Source: an uncultured Bacilli bacterium (lineage in GTDB: Bacteria; Bacillota_I; Bacilli_A; RFN20; CAG-826). Taken from it: DNA of 64,000 nucleotides. The first letter of the stretch is position 1. Each line of letters begins with the position of its first letter. The translations under genes and the position numbers were made by a program. The DNA lies in contig CAJOMQ010000007.1 in assembly GCA_905236715.1 (NCBI GenBank), positions 3,254 through 67,253 on the forward strand, in the 5' to 3' direction. The notes below the pieces were generated by a model. The model was not told the origin of the DNA. It saw only the letters and a program-made list of their open reading frames with translations, and made no database searches. Below are positions 45,037 to 55,402 of the stretch, piece by piece.

Positions 45037-47148
45037 ATGCCTTTTATCAAAATGAGCAATGTGACCAAATTATATAAGAGCGAAGATGGTGTAGAAAATT
45101 ATGCTTTAAATCATGTTTGTTTATCTTTTCCTGATCATGGATTAATCGCTGTTATCGGTAAAAGTGGTTCTGGCAAATCGACAATTATCAACTTGCTAGC
45201 GTTATTAGATAAGCCAACTTCCGGTCATGTTTATATTAATAACAATAATGTCTCCACATGGAAAAAGAAGAAGATAGAAAAATACCACAATCAAGAAATG
45301 GGGATTGTTTTTCAACATTATCATCTATTAGAAAATCACACTGTTTTATATAACATTATGCTTCCATCTTTAATTAAAGGAGATAAGGAAAAAGAAAGCA
45401 AAAAGAAGGCTATCAAATTATTAGAATCAATTTCTTTCCCAAAAGAATTATATGAACATAAATGCAAAGATCTAAGTGGTGGAGAAAAAGAAAGAGTCGC
45501 GGTCTTACGCGCGGTGATTAATGAACCAAAAATTATATTTTGTGATGAACCGACAGGGGCATTAGATAAAAATAATTCCATCGCAGTCATGGAAATATTA
45601 AAAAATATCAGTCGTGATAAATTGATTATCTTAGTATCTCACGATATATCGTTAACCAAAAAATATGCGGATAGATTGATTTATATCAAAGATGGCAAAG
45701 TCGAAAAAGACGAGATAATAAACGAATTAGACAATAAACAAAATAAATCACAAAATAAGGATGTCAAACATCATAACCAATGGAAAAACAAAATCTCTTT
45801 GAGCAATTTTAAAAGGAGATTTACACGGAATTTGATATCAATTATCACTTTAAGCGTCGGATTAGTGGCGTCTTTATTAATCGTTGGTTTCGCTAATGGA
45901 AGTACCCCATCAATTAAGGAAAATAGTTATAAACAATTAGATTATGGTGTATTAACTTTTTCGAAACAAAAAAGTCAATCTATCGCCGGAAGTAAAATTT
46001 CTTTGGTGCAACAAACTAGACCGACATATGAAGAGATATCTTCCTTTAGTGAAATAATTGATAATTATGTGATTGAAAATAATTTCTCCGCGCTACTATC
46101 TTATTTTCCTAACATCAAATTAGGGGAAGAAAAATTAACTGATTTTTCCTTTCGCCCCATTTATTCTTTTGCATCTAATTACATTGATCACTCTTTGTTA
46201 ATTGATGGCTATATACCACCTTTTGATAATTTAGATGAAGTTTTAATCAATAAAAAAGGATATGAATATCTCATTAAAAAAGGCATTAAAAATCCTTTAG
46301 ATATTTCTTTAGATATTAGTATTGATAAAGAATTTCATTATTATACAGGCGATGATTTAAACCCCGTTATTAACGATGTCTTTTCTTATCAAAAAATTGT
46401 GCATATCGTCGGGGTGGTGGATGAAATGGATTTTTTATCAACCCCAAAATTATTTTATTCTTATTCATCTTTTACCAATTATTTATTTGATTATCCTTTG
46501 ATAAATTTATCTTCTTATTATGAAAGAGATTTTTCTTGGTATGAACGTGTCGCCACGGCGAATAATAACGATGAAATTTCTTCCTATTCTTTTTATTTAT
46601 TTAAAAAGGATATTAATGATATTCCTTCTATTGCTAACCATATTGCTAATATTGAAAAACCATATGTTTTAGAATCAACCCCACAGACACTAAGTGATAC
46701 TTTATTAAATCTCGTTAACGCCGCTTCTATGGGAATGGAGATATTTCTTTTTATTTCCATAATTGGAACAGCTTTAATACTAGGAATTGTTTCCTTTTCT
46801 AGTTATTCAGAAGATAAGAAGATGATTGCTATACTTTCATGCTTGGGCGCTAATAGGAATGATGTTGATGATATTTATGTTTTAGAAAATCTCTTCGTGG
46901 CTATTATTGCGTTAATCATTTCTTTTATTCTTTCGCCCTTATTATCTTTATTAATTAATTTCATCATGAATAAATGGTTGGGCTTTTCCCATATGATTAA
47001 AATTCCCTTTCTTTCCTTATGGGGTATCCCATTCCTATTGGTTGTGGGATTAATTATTATCACCATCTTTATTGCTATTATTTCGACAATGCTACCTATT
47101 TTATTAAGTAGCAAAATATCTTTAAAAAAGGAGCTCGCAGACGAATGA
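45037..47148 (+). CDS. MacB-type ABC transporter, fused ATPase + FtsX-family permease
   Basis: ATPase motifs are GKSGSGKST, LSGGEKER and FCDEPTGALD. These are followed by one TM helix, a ~275-aa extracytoplasmic domain and three C-terminal TM helices. Confidence 0.85.
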   Translation: MPFIKMSNVTKLYKSEDGVENYALNHVCLSFPDHGLIAVIGKSGSGKSTIINLLALLDKPTSGHVYINNNNVSTWKKKKIEKYHNQEMGIVFQHYHLLENHTVLYNIMLPSLIKGDKEKESKKKAIKLLESISFPKELYEHKCKDLSGGEKERVAVLRAVINEPKIIFCDEPTGALDKNNSIAVMEILKNISRDKLIILVSHDISLTKKYADRLIYIKDGKVEKDEIINELDNKQNKSQNKDVKHHNQWKNKISLSNFKRRFTRNLISIITLSVGLVASLLIVGFANGSTPSIKENSYKQLDYGVLTFSKQKSQSIAGSKISLVQQTRPTYEEISSFSEIIDNYVIENNFSALLSYFPNIKLGEEKLTDFSFRPIYSFASNYIDHSLLIDGYIPPFDNLDEVLINKKGYEYLIKKGIKNPLDISLDISIDKEFHYYTGDDLNPVINDVFSYQKIVHIVGVVDEMDFLSTPKLFYSYSSFTNYLFDYPLINLSSYYERDFSWYERVATANNNDEISSYSFYLFKKDINDIPSIANHIANIEKPYVLESTPQTLSDTLLNLVNAASMGMEIFLFISIIGTALILGIVSFSSYSEDKKMIAILSCLGANRNDVDDIYVLENLFVAIIALIISFILSPLLSLLINFIMNKWLGFSHMIKIPFLSLWGIPFLLVVGLIIITIFIAIISTMLPILLSSKISLKKELADE

Positions 47149-49952
47149 TTCATATTAGAAAACTAAATAAGAAATATGGTAATCAAGATATCTTAAAAGA
47201 TATTGATTTAGATTTTCCTCGCGAAGGATTAATCGTCATTCACGGTCCTTCTGGATGTGGGAAAACGACACTATTAAATTGTTTGTCGGGATTATTAAAT
47301 TTTGATGGTGATATTGAAATTGATAATAAACATATCCGCTACATGAACGATAAAGAAATGGATGTTTTCCGTTTGAAGAATATCGGTTTTATCTTTCAAG
47401 ATTTCAAATTATTCGAAAACGAAAGTGTGATTAACAATGTCTTATTCCCATTAAACGCAATTAGTAATTCATCAAAAGAAAATAAGAATAGGAAAGCGAA
47501 AGAATTATTAAAATTAGTGGGATTAAATAACAAGGAAAAACAATGTGTGAATAAATTATCGGGTGGTGAAAAACAAAGAGTCGCTATTGCGCGTTCTTTA
47601 ATTAATAATCCGAAAGTCATTTTAGCAGATGAACCAACTGGTGCTTTAGATAGCAAAACGGCGATTGAAGTCATGGAAATCTTGGCTAAAGTATCGACTA
47701 AATCATTAGTTATCATGGTTTCTCACGATGAGGAATTAGCAGAAAAATACGCGGATAGAATAATTCATATGCAAGATGGAAGAATCATTGATATTAGTGA
47801 CTATCATCAGGAAAAGCCAGTTTCATCAATTGCGATTGCTAAGCAAAGATATAATATGAAAAAACCATCAATTCCTTTTTCTTTTTTGCTAAATCATTCT
47901 AAAGGTGCGATGAAACAGAAGAAGTGGCGGACGATGATTTGTCATTTAGTTACTTCCATGGGCCTCATTGGTGTTGGTTTAGCGGTGACCTTATCTTCCA
48001 CAATATCGAGTAATATCAAAAAGGCCTACACTTCACTAATTGATGAAAGCAAGGTAATGATTTCTTTAAAGGAAGATAATTCTTTATATGGTTTATATTC
48101 TGGTTCTTATTATGAAGCCTGCGCTTTGCGGGATGAATATGATGAATATATTTATGATGTAGGCGCTAATTATATTGCTAATTTTGAATCTTATTTTCCG
48201 GACACTAATTGTATCGCTTTAGCGAATACCGCATATTATAGTCCGATTGACGGCCTATCCGCCCGTCACATAAATGATTTCAAATGGTTAGACATTGAAG
48301 GACCAACAACCATGTATCCGGAAACCATTTCCAGTTTAGAAGATGATGAAGTTGTTTTGGGATTATCAATCAATATGATTAACGATATTTGCTATGCTTT
48401 GCAAATTGAAAGAACCGTTAAATCATTAAGCCGATATCTTATTGAAAATCCATTGCCTATCTATTTTGATTTAGCCAATGATTCATGGTCATATAGTGAT
48501 CAACAGATAGTGACAGTGAAAGCTTTTTCATTAGAAAAAAATCCGTGCATATATCACAGTAACCACATGTGGAACGAATATATGTATGAAACACGGATGC
48601 GTTTTCCGACCACTGACGATTATAGTGGTAGCAATAAAACTCCATGGCTGATGAAAAGAATCAATTATTTGCAACTAAATGTCCCTAATGATGTCTTTTT
48701 AAATTTTGCCCGTTATAGAGCGGATTTTGATCCCTATTTATTAGAAATCGCTAGTACTACTTATTATCCTTGGCTATATATTGGTAAAGACATAAAAGAA
48801 ATAACGCGAATATTATTTTTCGCTAATACATTAAAAACAATTCCCGCTAGATATGTTTCTTATTTCCAAGATATTTGTCCGGAATTATCTCAACCCTTAT
48901 ATGGCACATATGGAGGTTATAGTATTTTCCCAAGTTCTTTAATGATGGGCTTTGCTAATTATATGTATTTATCTTTTAATGAAGATTCTCTCATAGAAGT
49001 TATTGATATAAATACTTCTTTAAATATTGAAACCAATGAAAATAGTGTTTTACCAGATGATGTCGCCAGTGGTCATTATTCACAAAGCATGAATGGTGGA
49101 GTCAATTTCTCACCTCTATCAAATAACCTATCTTTTGGGAGAAAACCTGCTTCCGTTGATGATATAGTCATATCGCGGTATTTATATGAAAAATTATCAG
49201 GGCAAACATCATTTAATGAATGCCCAATACATATTGGCTATACCATCAGTGAAAGGCAAGATGCTGATGGTAAAATACACCGCGATTTTAAAACAATAGA
49301 TTTAAATGTTGTCGGCATTGTTGATAATGATAAAAGCTTTATTTACCAAGATAGTGATTGGTTAATAACTTTCTTTCAAGCCCGTCTTGGAATATCTATT
49401 TATTATCTAGGTATTAATACAATCGCGATGGACACAAATAATGAAAAAGATATTGAAAAAACGATTAAAACACTAGAAAAAGCCTTTCCTGATTATTCCG
49501 TTATTGATCCTTTGGCTGATATCAATAGCAGTGTTGATCAAGTATGTTCATATATTGAAATTGCTTTAGCGGCTTTCTCAATCGTGGCCATTATTATTTC
49601 TATTATGTTATTAACTATTGCTAATTATTTACACGTGCTAGAATCAAAAAAAGAAATAGGTCTGGCTAGGTGTTTGGGGATTAATAAAAAAGAAGCAAAA
49701 AAGTTTTTATATTGTCATAGTGGATTAATGTGTTTTCTTTCTTTTATATTATCGGCGATTGAATTGTTATTTATTTCATTTTTTATATCCTACTTTTTTA
49801 GTGGTGAGATAGGAGGTAGTTTCTCATTTTCATTTGACCCAATGTCTTTGTTATTAATGCTTTTATTAGCGGTTTTTATTTCTTTATTTTCGAGTCTAAT
49901 TATGGGGAGATATTTAGGAAAAATTTCTCCATTAGAAGCATTAAAAACTTGA
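47145..49952 (+). CDS. MacB-type ABC transporter, fused ATPase + FtsX-family permease with a very large (~520 aa) extracytoplasmic domain
   Basis: ATPase motifs are GPSGCGKTT, LSGGEKQR and LADEPTGALD. The TM topology matches the previous gene. The two genes overlap by 4 nt (ATGA). Confidence 0.85.
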   Translation: MIHIRKLNKKYGNQDILKDIDLDFPREGLIVIHGPSGCGKTTLLNCLSGLLNFDGDIEIDNKHIRYMNDKEMDVFRLKNIGFIFQDFKLFENESVINNVLFPLNAISNSSKENKNRKAKELLKLVGLNNKEKQCVNKLSGGEKQRVAIARSLINNPKVILADEPTGALDSKTAIEVMEILAKVSTKSLVIMVSHDEELAEKYADRIIHMQDGRIIDISDYHQEKPVSSIAIAKQRYNMKKPSIPFSFLLNHSKGAMKQKKWRTMICHLVTSMGLIGVGLAVTLSSTISSNIKKAYTSLIDESKVMISLKEDNSLYGLYSGSYYEACALRDEYDEYIYDVGANYIANFESYFPDTNCIALANTAYYSPIDGLSARHINDFKWLDIEGPTTMYPETISSLEDDEVVLGLSINMINDICYALQIERTVKSLSRYLIENPLPIYFDLANDSWSYSDQQIVTVKAFSLEKNPCIYHSNHMWNEYMYETRMRFPTTDDYSGSNKTPWLMKRINYLQLNVPNDVFLNFARYRADFDPYLLEIASTTYYPWLYIGKDIKEITRILFFANTLKTIPARYVSYFQDICPELSQPLYGTYGGYSIFPSSLMMGFANYMYLSFNEDSLIEVIDINTSLNIETNENSVLPDDVASGHYSQSMNGGVNFSPLSNNLSFGRKPASVDDIVISRYLYEKLSGQTSFNECPIHIGYTISERQDADGKIHRDFKTIDLNVVGIVDNDKSFIYQDSDWLITFFQARLGISIYYLGINTIAMDTNNEKDIEKTIKTLEKAFPDYSVIDPLADINSSVDQVCSYIEIALAAFSIVAIIISIMLLTIANYLHVLESKKEIGLARCLGINKKEAKKFLYCHSGLMCFLSFILSAIELLFISFFISYFFSGEIGGSFSFSFDPMSLLLMLLLAVFISLFSSLIMGRYLGKISPLEALKT

Positions 49953-50028
49953 GGTTCTCTGAAAATTGTTTTGCAATACATACGTACAAGCGCATATAAT
50001 ATAGCGTTGCGCGGGAGGCGTTAGGAAA

Positions 50029-51141
50029 ATGGGATTAAAAGCAGGCATTGTCGGACTACCAAACGTTGGTAAATCAACGTTATTTAACGCAATTACCAAC
50101 TCACACGTAGAAGCTGCTAACTATCCTTTTGCCACGATTAATCCTAATACTGGCGTTGTTAATGTCCCTGATGAAAGACTCGATTTCCTTTCCCAATTAT
50201 TCAAACCTTTAAGAACGATTCCAGCGACCGTGGAATTTTATGATATTGCCGGTCTTGTGAAAGGTGCTTCTAAAGGTGAAGGATTAGGCAATCAATTTCT
50301 TTCACATATTCGTGAATGTGACGCGATTGTGGAAGTCGTGCGTTGTTTTGAAAATGCTGATATTGTGCACGTGGAAAACACCGTTGATCCCATTCGTGAT
50401 ATTGAAATTATCAATCTTGAACTCGTGATGGCGGATTTAGATACTGTCAGTAAACGTATTGAAAAAATTGAAAATAAAGCCCGTATCCAAAAAGATAAAG
50501 AATCCATTTTAGAAATGAGCATTTTAGCGCCTATTAAAGAGAAATTAGAACAAGGCTATCCCGCTCGATTAGTCAAATTAACTGATGAACAAGAACAATA
50601 CGCTAAGAGTTATCACCTATTGACCAAAAAACCAATCATCTATGTGGCTAATGTTGGGGATAACGATTTATTGGATTTAGATAACGCTAATAATTATCAA
50701 AAAGTTTTGGCTTATGCCAAGCAAGAAGGCAATGAAGTAATTCCCGTTTCTTGTGAAATGGAAAGTGAATTATCTTTGCTCAGCGAAGAAGAAAGACAAG
50801 AATTTTTAGCGGGTATGAATGTCACCGAATCGGGTTTAACCAAAGTTATCAAGGCGACTTATAAATTATTGAATTTATCAACATTCTTTACCGTGGGCGC
50901 CGATGAATGCCGCGCTTGGACTTTTAAAAACGGCATGTCCGCTCCTCAATGCGCAGGTGTAATACATACAGACTTCGAACGCGGTTTTATATGCGCGGAA
51001 GTATATACATATGAAGCCATCCATGAATATGGCAGTGAATCAGCAGTGAAAATTGCTGGTAAATTAAGAACAGAAGGAAAAGGATATTACCCCAAAGATG
51101 GCGATATCATGTTCTTCAAATTTAATGTGACGAAAAAATAA
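50029..51141 (+). CDS. ychF: Ribosome-binding ATPase YchF
   Basis: The P-loop is GLPNVGKSTLFNA. A C-terminal TGS-like domain is present. Confidence 0.95.
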   Translation: MGLKAGIVGLPNVGKSTLFNAITNSHVEAANYPFATINPNTGVVNVPDERLDFLSQLFKPLRTIPATVEFYDIAGLVKGASKGEGLGNQFLSHIRECDAIVEVVRCFENADIVHVENTVDPIRDIEIINLELVMADLDTVSKRIEKIENKARIQKDKESILEMSILAPIKEKLEQGYPARLVKLTDEQEQYAKSYHLLTKKPIIYVANVGDNDLLDLDNANNYQKVLAYAKQEGNEVIPVSCEMESELSLLSEEERQEFLAGMNVTESGLTKVIKATYKLLNLSTFFTVGADECRAWTFKNGMSAPQCAGVIHTDFERGFICAEVYTYEAIHEYGSESAVKIAGKLRTEGKGYYPKDGDIMFFKFNVTKK

Positions 51142-51142
51142 T

Positions 51143-51616
51143 ATGAGAATTGGATTTGCGAGTGACATACACCAATTGGTGGAAAATAGAAAACTCATCC
51201 TCGCCGGTGTGGTGATCCCTTTTGATAAGGGTGAAAAAGCCCATTCTGATGGTGATGTTGTTTATCACGCTCTCGGAGAATCCATTTTAGGAGCGCTAGC
51301 CTTAGGTGATTTAGGAACCTTTTTCCCTGACAATGATAACCGTTATAAAGATATTGATTCTTCTATTATCGTGAAAGAAATTAAAAAGATGATGGAAGAT
51401 AAAGGTTATGGTATCAATAATATTGATATCTCTATAACTTTAGAAGCTCCTAAATTAAGACCTTATATTGAAAATATGCGGCAAAACATTGCCCAATTAT
51501 TAGAAATTGATATTAATCAAGTTTCTATTAAAGCGGGCACCAACGAAAAGATGGATGATATCGGTCGTGGTAACGCTGTGAAAGCGGAGTCCATCGTCTT
51601 ACTAGAAGAAAAATAG
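51143..51616 (+). CDS. ispF: 2-C-methyl-D-erythritol 2,4-cyclodiphosphate synthase
   Basis: Motifs are G.ASDIHQL and HSDGDVVYHAL. The protein is 157 aa. Confidence 0.9.
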   Translation: MRIGFASDIHQLVENRKLILAGVVIPFDKGEKAHSDGDVVYHALGESILGALALGDLGTFFPDNDNRYKDIDSSIIVKEIKKMMEDKGYGINNIDISITLEAPKLRPYIENMRQNIAQLLEIDINQVSIKAGTNEKMDDIGRGNAVKAESIVLLEEK

Positions 51617-51627
51617 AAAGAGAAATT

Positions 51628-53247
51628 ATGGATATAGTTGAAAATTTAAAAAACAAAATTCAAGAAGCATTAACTAAACTTGGTAAAGAAGTTTCTTTAA
51701 ATGACATCGTGATAGAAAGAAGTAAGGATTCTTCACATGGTGATTATGCCTCTAATGTCGCGATGAAATTTGCCCGTTTATTTGGGCAAAACCCACGTGA
51801 AGTGGCTTCTTTGATTATTGATAACATCAATCGTGATGGCATTGATAAGATTGAAATCGCGGGTCCAGGCTTTATCAATTTCTTCATGAAAAACGATTCT
51901 TTGCAACCAATCGTGAGAAAAATCTTAGAAGAAAAAGATGATTATGGAAGAGCTCCTCGCAATGGAAGTAAAGTTAATGTTGAATTTGTTTCCGCTAATC
52001 CAACTGGTATCTTACATGTTGGTACCGCGCGTGGTGCGGCTATTGGTGATTCTTTGGCGCGTCTATTAGATGCATCTGGTTATGATGTAACTCGTGAATA
52101 TTACATCAACGATGCTGGTAACCAAATTACTAATCTCGGACTCTCTATTCAAATTCGCTATATGGGGTTATTTGGTATTGAAAAAGAAATCCCTGAAGAT
52201 GGCTATAACGGTCAAGATATTTTAGAAATTGCTCAACAATTAAAAGAACAATATGGCGACTCTCTTTTGAATAAAGAAAATGCCTTAGAGCTCTTTAAAG
52301 AACAAGGCATGAAAATTGAATTAGATAGAATCATTGATGATTTAGCGCTTTTCCGCGTCAAACATGATGTCTTTTCTTCGGAAAAAGTTATTCGTAGCAA
52401 TGGTGCTTTAGAAAAAGAACTCGAATATTTGCATCAATATACATATCAACAAGATGGGGCGACAGTTTTAAAAACCAGTGATTTCCTTGACGATAAAGAT
52501 AGAGTCATTGTTAAGAGCAATGGTGATTTTACCTATTTCTTCCCAGACATTGTTTATCACGTTAATAAAATGTCACGTGGCTTTGACCAATTAATTGATA
52601 TATTAGGCGCTGATCACCATGGTTATATTAATCGTATGAAATCCGCTTTGATGATGCATGGATATCAACCTGATGTTTTAGATATCGAATTAGTGCAAAT
52701 GGTCCGCTTCATCAAAGATGGAAAAGAATTCAAAGCCTCCAAACGTAGTGGTGACGCTATCACCTTACGCGAAGTGTGCGAGGAAGTGGGTGTGGATGCC
52801 ATGCGTTATTTCTTTGCGATGCGTGCGCCATCAAATCACTTGGATTTTGATATGGATTTAGCTAAAGAACAATCAAGCAATAACCCCGTATATTATGCCC
52901 AATATGCTCACGCTCGTATATGCTCCATCTTACAACAAGGTAAAGATATCCCTCTTGATTTAGATGCTAAATTATTAGAAAAACCTTCCGAAATGAATTT
53001 ATTAAAACATTTAGCTAGTTTCCCAAATGTCATCTTAGATGCCACCAAGGAAAGAGCCCCTTATAAAATTACCAATTATATTCATGACCTAGCGGAATTA
53101 GTTCATGGATTTTATACAGAATGCCGCGTTATTGATAAAAACAATATCGCGCTTTCATCTTCTCGTTTAGCGCTATGCGCAGCGAGTAAACAAGTGATGA
53201 AAAACGCGCTGAATTTAATTGGAGTCAGTGCGCCAGAACATATGTAG
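51628..53247 (+). CDS. argS: Arginine-tRNA ligase
   Basis: Class I motifs are SANPTGILHVGTARG (HIGH) and a KMSK-like segment. A C-terminal DALR domain is present. Confidence 0.95.
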   Translation: MDIVENLKNKIQEALTKLGKEVSLNDIVIERSKDSSHGDYASNVAMKFARLFGQNPREVASLIIDNINRDGIDKIEIAGPGFINFFMKNDSLQPIVRKILEEKDDYGRAPRNGSKVNVEFVSANPTGILHVGTARGAAIGDSLARLLDASGYDVTREYYINDAGNQITNLGLSIQIRYMGLFGIEKEIPEDGYNGQDILEIAQQLKEQYGDSLLNKENALELFKEQGMKIELDRIIDDLALFRVKHDVFSSEKVIRSNGALEKELEYLHQYTYQQDGATVLKTSDFLDDKDRVIVKSNGDFTYFFPDIVYHVNKMSRGFDQLIDILGADHHGYINRMKSALMMHGYQPDVLDIELVQMVRFIKDGKEFKASKRSGDAITLREVCEEVGVDAMRYFFAMRAPSNHLDFDMDLAKEQSSNNPVYYAQYAHARICSILQQGKDIPLDLDAKLLEKPSEMNLLKHLASFPNVILDATKERAPYKITNYIHDLAELVHGFYTECRVIDKNNIALSSSRLALCAASKQVMKNALNLIGVSAPEHM

Positions 53248-53263
53248 GCAAAGGAGAATTTAT

Positions 53264-53653
53264 ATGCCAAAATCATTATTAGACCACGCTTTTGATTTCG
53301 TCAGCAAAAGCAAAGAACCTGTTTCCTTCAAAGATATGTGGAAATATATCGTCGAAGAAGCTGGTTTAGATGAAGAAACTGCTGCTAATAAAGTGAGCAG
53401 ATTTTACACAAATTTAATGTTAGATGGACGTTTTGTCAATTTAGGTGACAACCAATGGGATTTAAGAGTCCGTCAAACATTTGATAAAGTGCATATCGAT
53501 ATGAAAGATGTCTATAGCGAAGTCGAAGAAGATGACGATATCGACGAAGAAGAAGACAACGAAGAGAAAGAATACAACAAAGCCTTTGAAGAATCTTCCG
53601 AAGATAGTGACGAAGAACCTGAAGAAGAGGAAGAAGAGGAAGACAACGAATAA
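53264..53653 (+). CDS. rpoE: RNA polymerase delta subunit
   Basis: The N-terminal HARE-HTH-like domain reads FYTNLMLDGRFVNLGDNQWDLR. A long D/E tail follows. I moved the start to M16 (ATG 53264). Confidence 0.8.
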   Translation: MPKSLLDHAFDFVSKSKEPVSFKDMWKYIVEEAGLDEETAANKVSRFYTNLMLDGRFVNLGDNQWDLRVRQTFDKVHIDMKDVYSEVEEDDDIDEEEDNEEKEYNKAFEESSEDSDEEPEEEEEEEDNE

Positions 53654-54612
53654 TGTTTGAAGAACTCAAAAGTGTCATAGAGGCCCATCATTCAATTGTG
53701 ATTTTTGGGCATCCAAATCCTGATGGCGATTGTTATGGAAGCCAATTGGGATTGCGTGACACGATAATTTTGAATTATCCAAACAAAAAAGTTTATGCTG
53801 TAGGAACAGGCTTAAGAAGGTTCCGCCAAACACTTGGTAAAATGGATGAGGTAGATGATGATACCATCGCCGGTTCATTAGCTATTCTTGTCGATGGTAA
53901 CGATTTATACCGCATGGAAGATCAACGTGTCTGGAACGCTAAAGCCTGGATTAAAATCGATCATCATGTTGAAAATGGTCGCTTTACACAAGGTCCTTTT
54001 ATTGTTGAAGAAGACGCTAATTCTACTTGTGAATTAATCACCGACATGATTTGGGAATGCGGTTGGAAAATTAATCCCAAAATAGCGGACTTATTATATT
54101 TGGGCATCGTCACTGATTCGGGAAGGTTTCAATACATTGAAGATTTTCCCAAAGCCTTTAAACAAGTCGCTTGGTTATGCGAACAAGGTGCGAATCCGAA
54201 AGAATTAAATGAAACATTGAATATTACTTTTGAAAGTGCCTTAAAATTTCGTGGTTATGTTTATTCGCATTATCAAAAAAGCGAAAATGGAGTTATCTAC
54301 CTTTGCTTAGATAAAAAGACATTAGCCAATTTTGGTCTGACCGCCTCTCGCGCGGGAAATATGGTTAACTTACTTTCTTATATTCATGGTTATCCTGTTT
54401 GGGTTTTTATTACGGAAACCGAAGAAGGATTCTCGCACATTGAATTAAGAAGTAATGGACCCGCAGTACAACCAATAGCCACTTATTTAGGTGGTGGAGG
54501 TCATAAGATGGCCGCGGGATTAACTTTACCAACTTATGATCAAGAGACTATTGATAAAGTGATTTCCTTATGTGATAAAGCCGCCAAGGAATATAAAGAA
54601 AAAGGTGAATGA
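53653..54612 (+). CDS. nrnA: DHH/DHHA1 phosphoesterase (NrnA-like oligoribonuclease / pAp phosphatase)
   Basis: The DHH-region motifs are GHPNPDGDCYGS and DHH, and the DHHA1 motif is GGGGHKMAAG. Confidence 0.75.
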   Translation: MFEELKSVIEAHHSIVIFGHPNPDGDCYGSQLGLRDTIILNYPNKKVYAVGTGLRRFRQTLGKMDEVDDDTIAGSLAILVDGNDLYRMEDQRVWNAKAWIKIDHHVENGRFTQGPFIVEEDANSTCELITDMIWECGWKINPKIADLLYLGIVTDSGRFQYIEDFPKAFKQVAWLCEQGANPKELNETLNITFESALKFRGYVYSHYQKSENGVIYLCLDKKTLANFGLTASRAGNMVNLLSYIHGYPVWVFITETEEGFSHIELRSNGPAVQPIATYLGGGGHKMAAGLTLPTYDQETIDKVISLCDKAAKEYKEKGE

Positions 54613-54615
54613 AAT

Positions 54616-55395
54616 ATGTGGGAAAAAGAGTTAAAAGCCGCGATTGAAGCGGGTTTAATTGCCAAAGAAAAAATTATGGAAATTTATCATGGTAGTTTTG
54701 CTGTGGAAATTAAAGAAGACAATTCTCCGGTCACTTTAGCCGACAAAACCGCTGATAAGATTATCCGTGAATATTTACACAAGGCTTTTCCCGATTATGC
54801 TTTTTTAACCGAAGAAAGTGAAGATAGTCGTGAGCGTTTATCTAACGATTATGTCTGGATTGTCGACCCCGTTGATGGCACCAAAGATTTTGTCGCTCGC
54901 GATGGTGGATTTACCACAAACATTGCTTTATGTTATAAACACGAAATTGTTGTGGGTGTGGTGGTTGTTCCGGTGACTGGTGAATATTATTACGCTAGTA
55001 AAAATGAAGGAGCGTATTATGTTAATCCTAAAGGCGAAATAACAAGAATCCACGTTAATGACAAATTGGATGATTTAACAGTTTTAAGAAGCGTCTTTCA
55101 TTTTAATGAAAAAGAACAAGAAATCATCTCCCGTCATCAAGATAAAATTAAACACATTGAAAAATTTGGTTCATCTTTAAAACCGTGCCGTATTGCGCAA
55201 GGTTTAGCGGAAATCACTTACCGGATGTCCGCAGGCACCAAGGAGTGGGATACCGCAGCGTGTGATATTATCGTTAAAGAAGCGGGTGGCTTATTCGTAG
55301 AACCTGATGGAAAATCATTAACATATAATCGTGAAGATGTTTATAATCGTAAAGGTTATATTGTTGTAAATAGAAAAGAAAATATCCTGTTATAG
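54616..55395 (+). CDS. Inositol monophosphatase-family phosphatase (CysQ/SuhB-like)
   Basis: Motifs are EES, WIVDPVDGTKDF and WDTAA. Confidence 0.8.
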   Translation: MWEKELKAAIEAGLIAKEKIMEIYHGSFAVEIKEDNSPVTLADKTADKIIREYLHKAFPDYAFLTEESEDSRERLSNDYVWIVDPVDGTKDFVARDGGFTTNIALCYKHEIVVGVVVVPVTGEYYYASKNEGAYYVNPKGEITRIHVNDKLDDLTVLRSVFHFNEKEQEIISRHQDKIKHIEKFGSSLKPCRIAQGLAEITYRMSAGTKEWDTAACDIIVKEAGGLFVEPDGKSLTYNREDVYNRKGYIVVNRKENILL

Positions 55396-55402
55396 AATAA
55401 TT

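Noticed and set aside
51617-51627. I looked for a T-box leader upstream of argS.
   Set aside because: Only 11 nt separate ispF and argS, which leaves no room for a leader. argS appears to be co-transcribed with ychF-ispF.
53520-53650. Repetitive GAAGAAGA/GAGGAAGA DNA that resembles a tandem repeat.
   Set aside because: It encodes the poly-acidic C-terminal tail typical of the RNA polymerase delta subunit. It is not a non-coding repeat or a CRISPR-like array.
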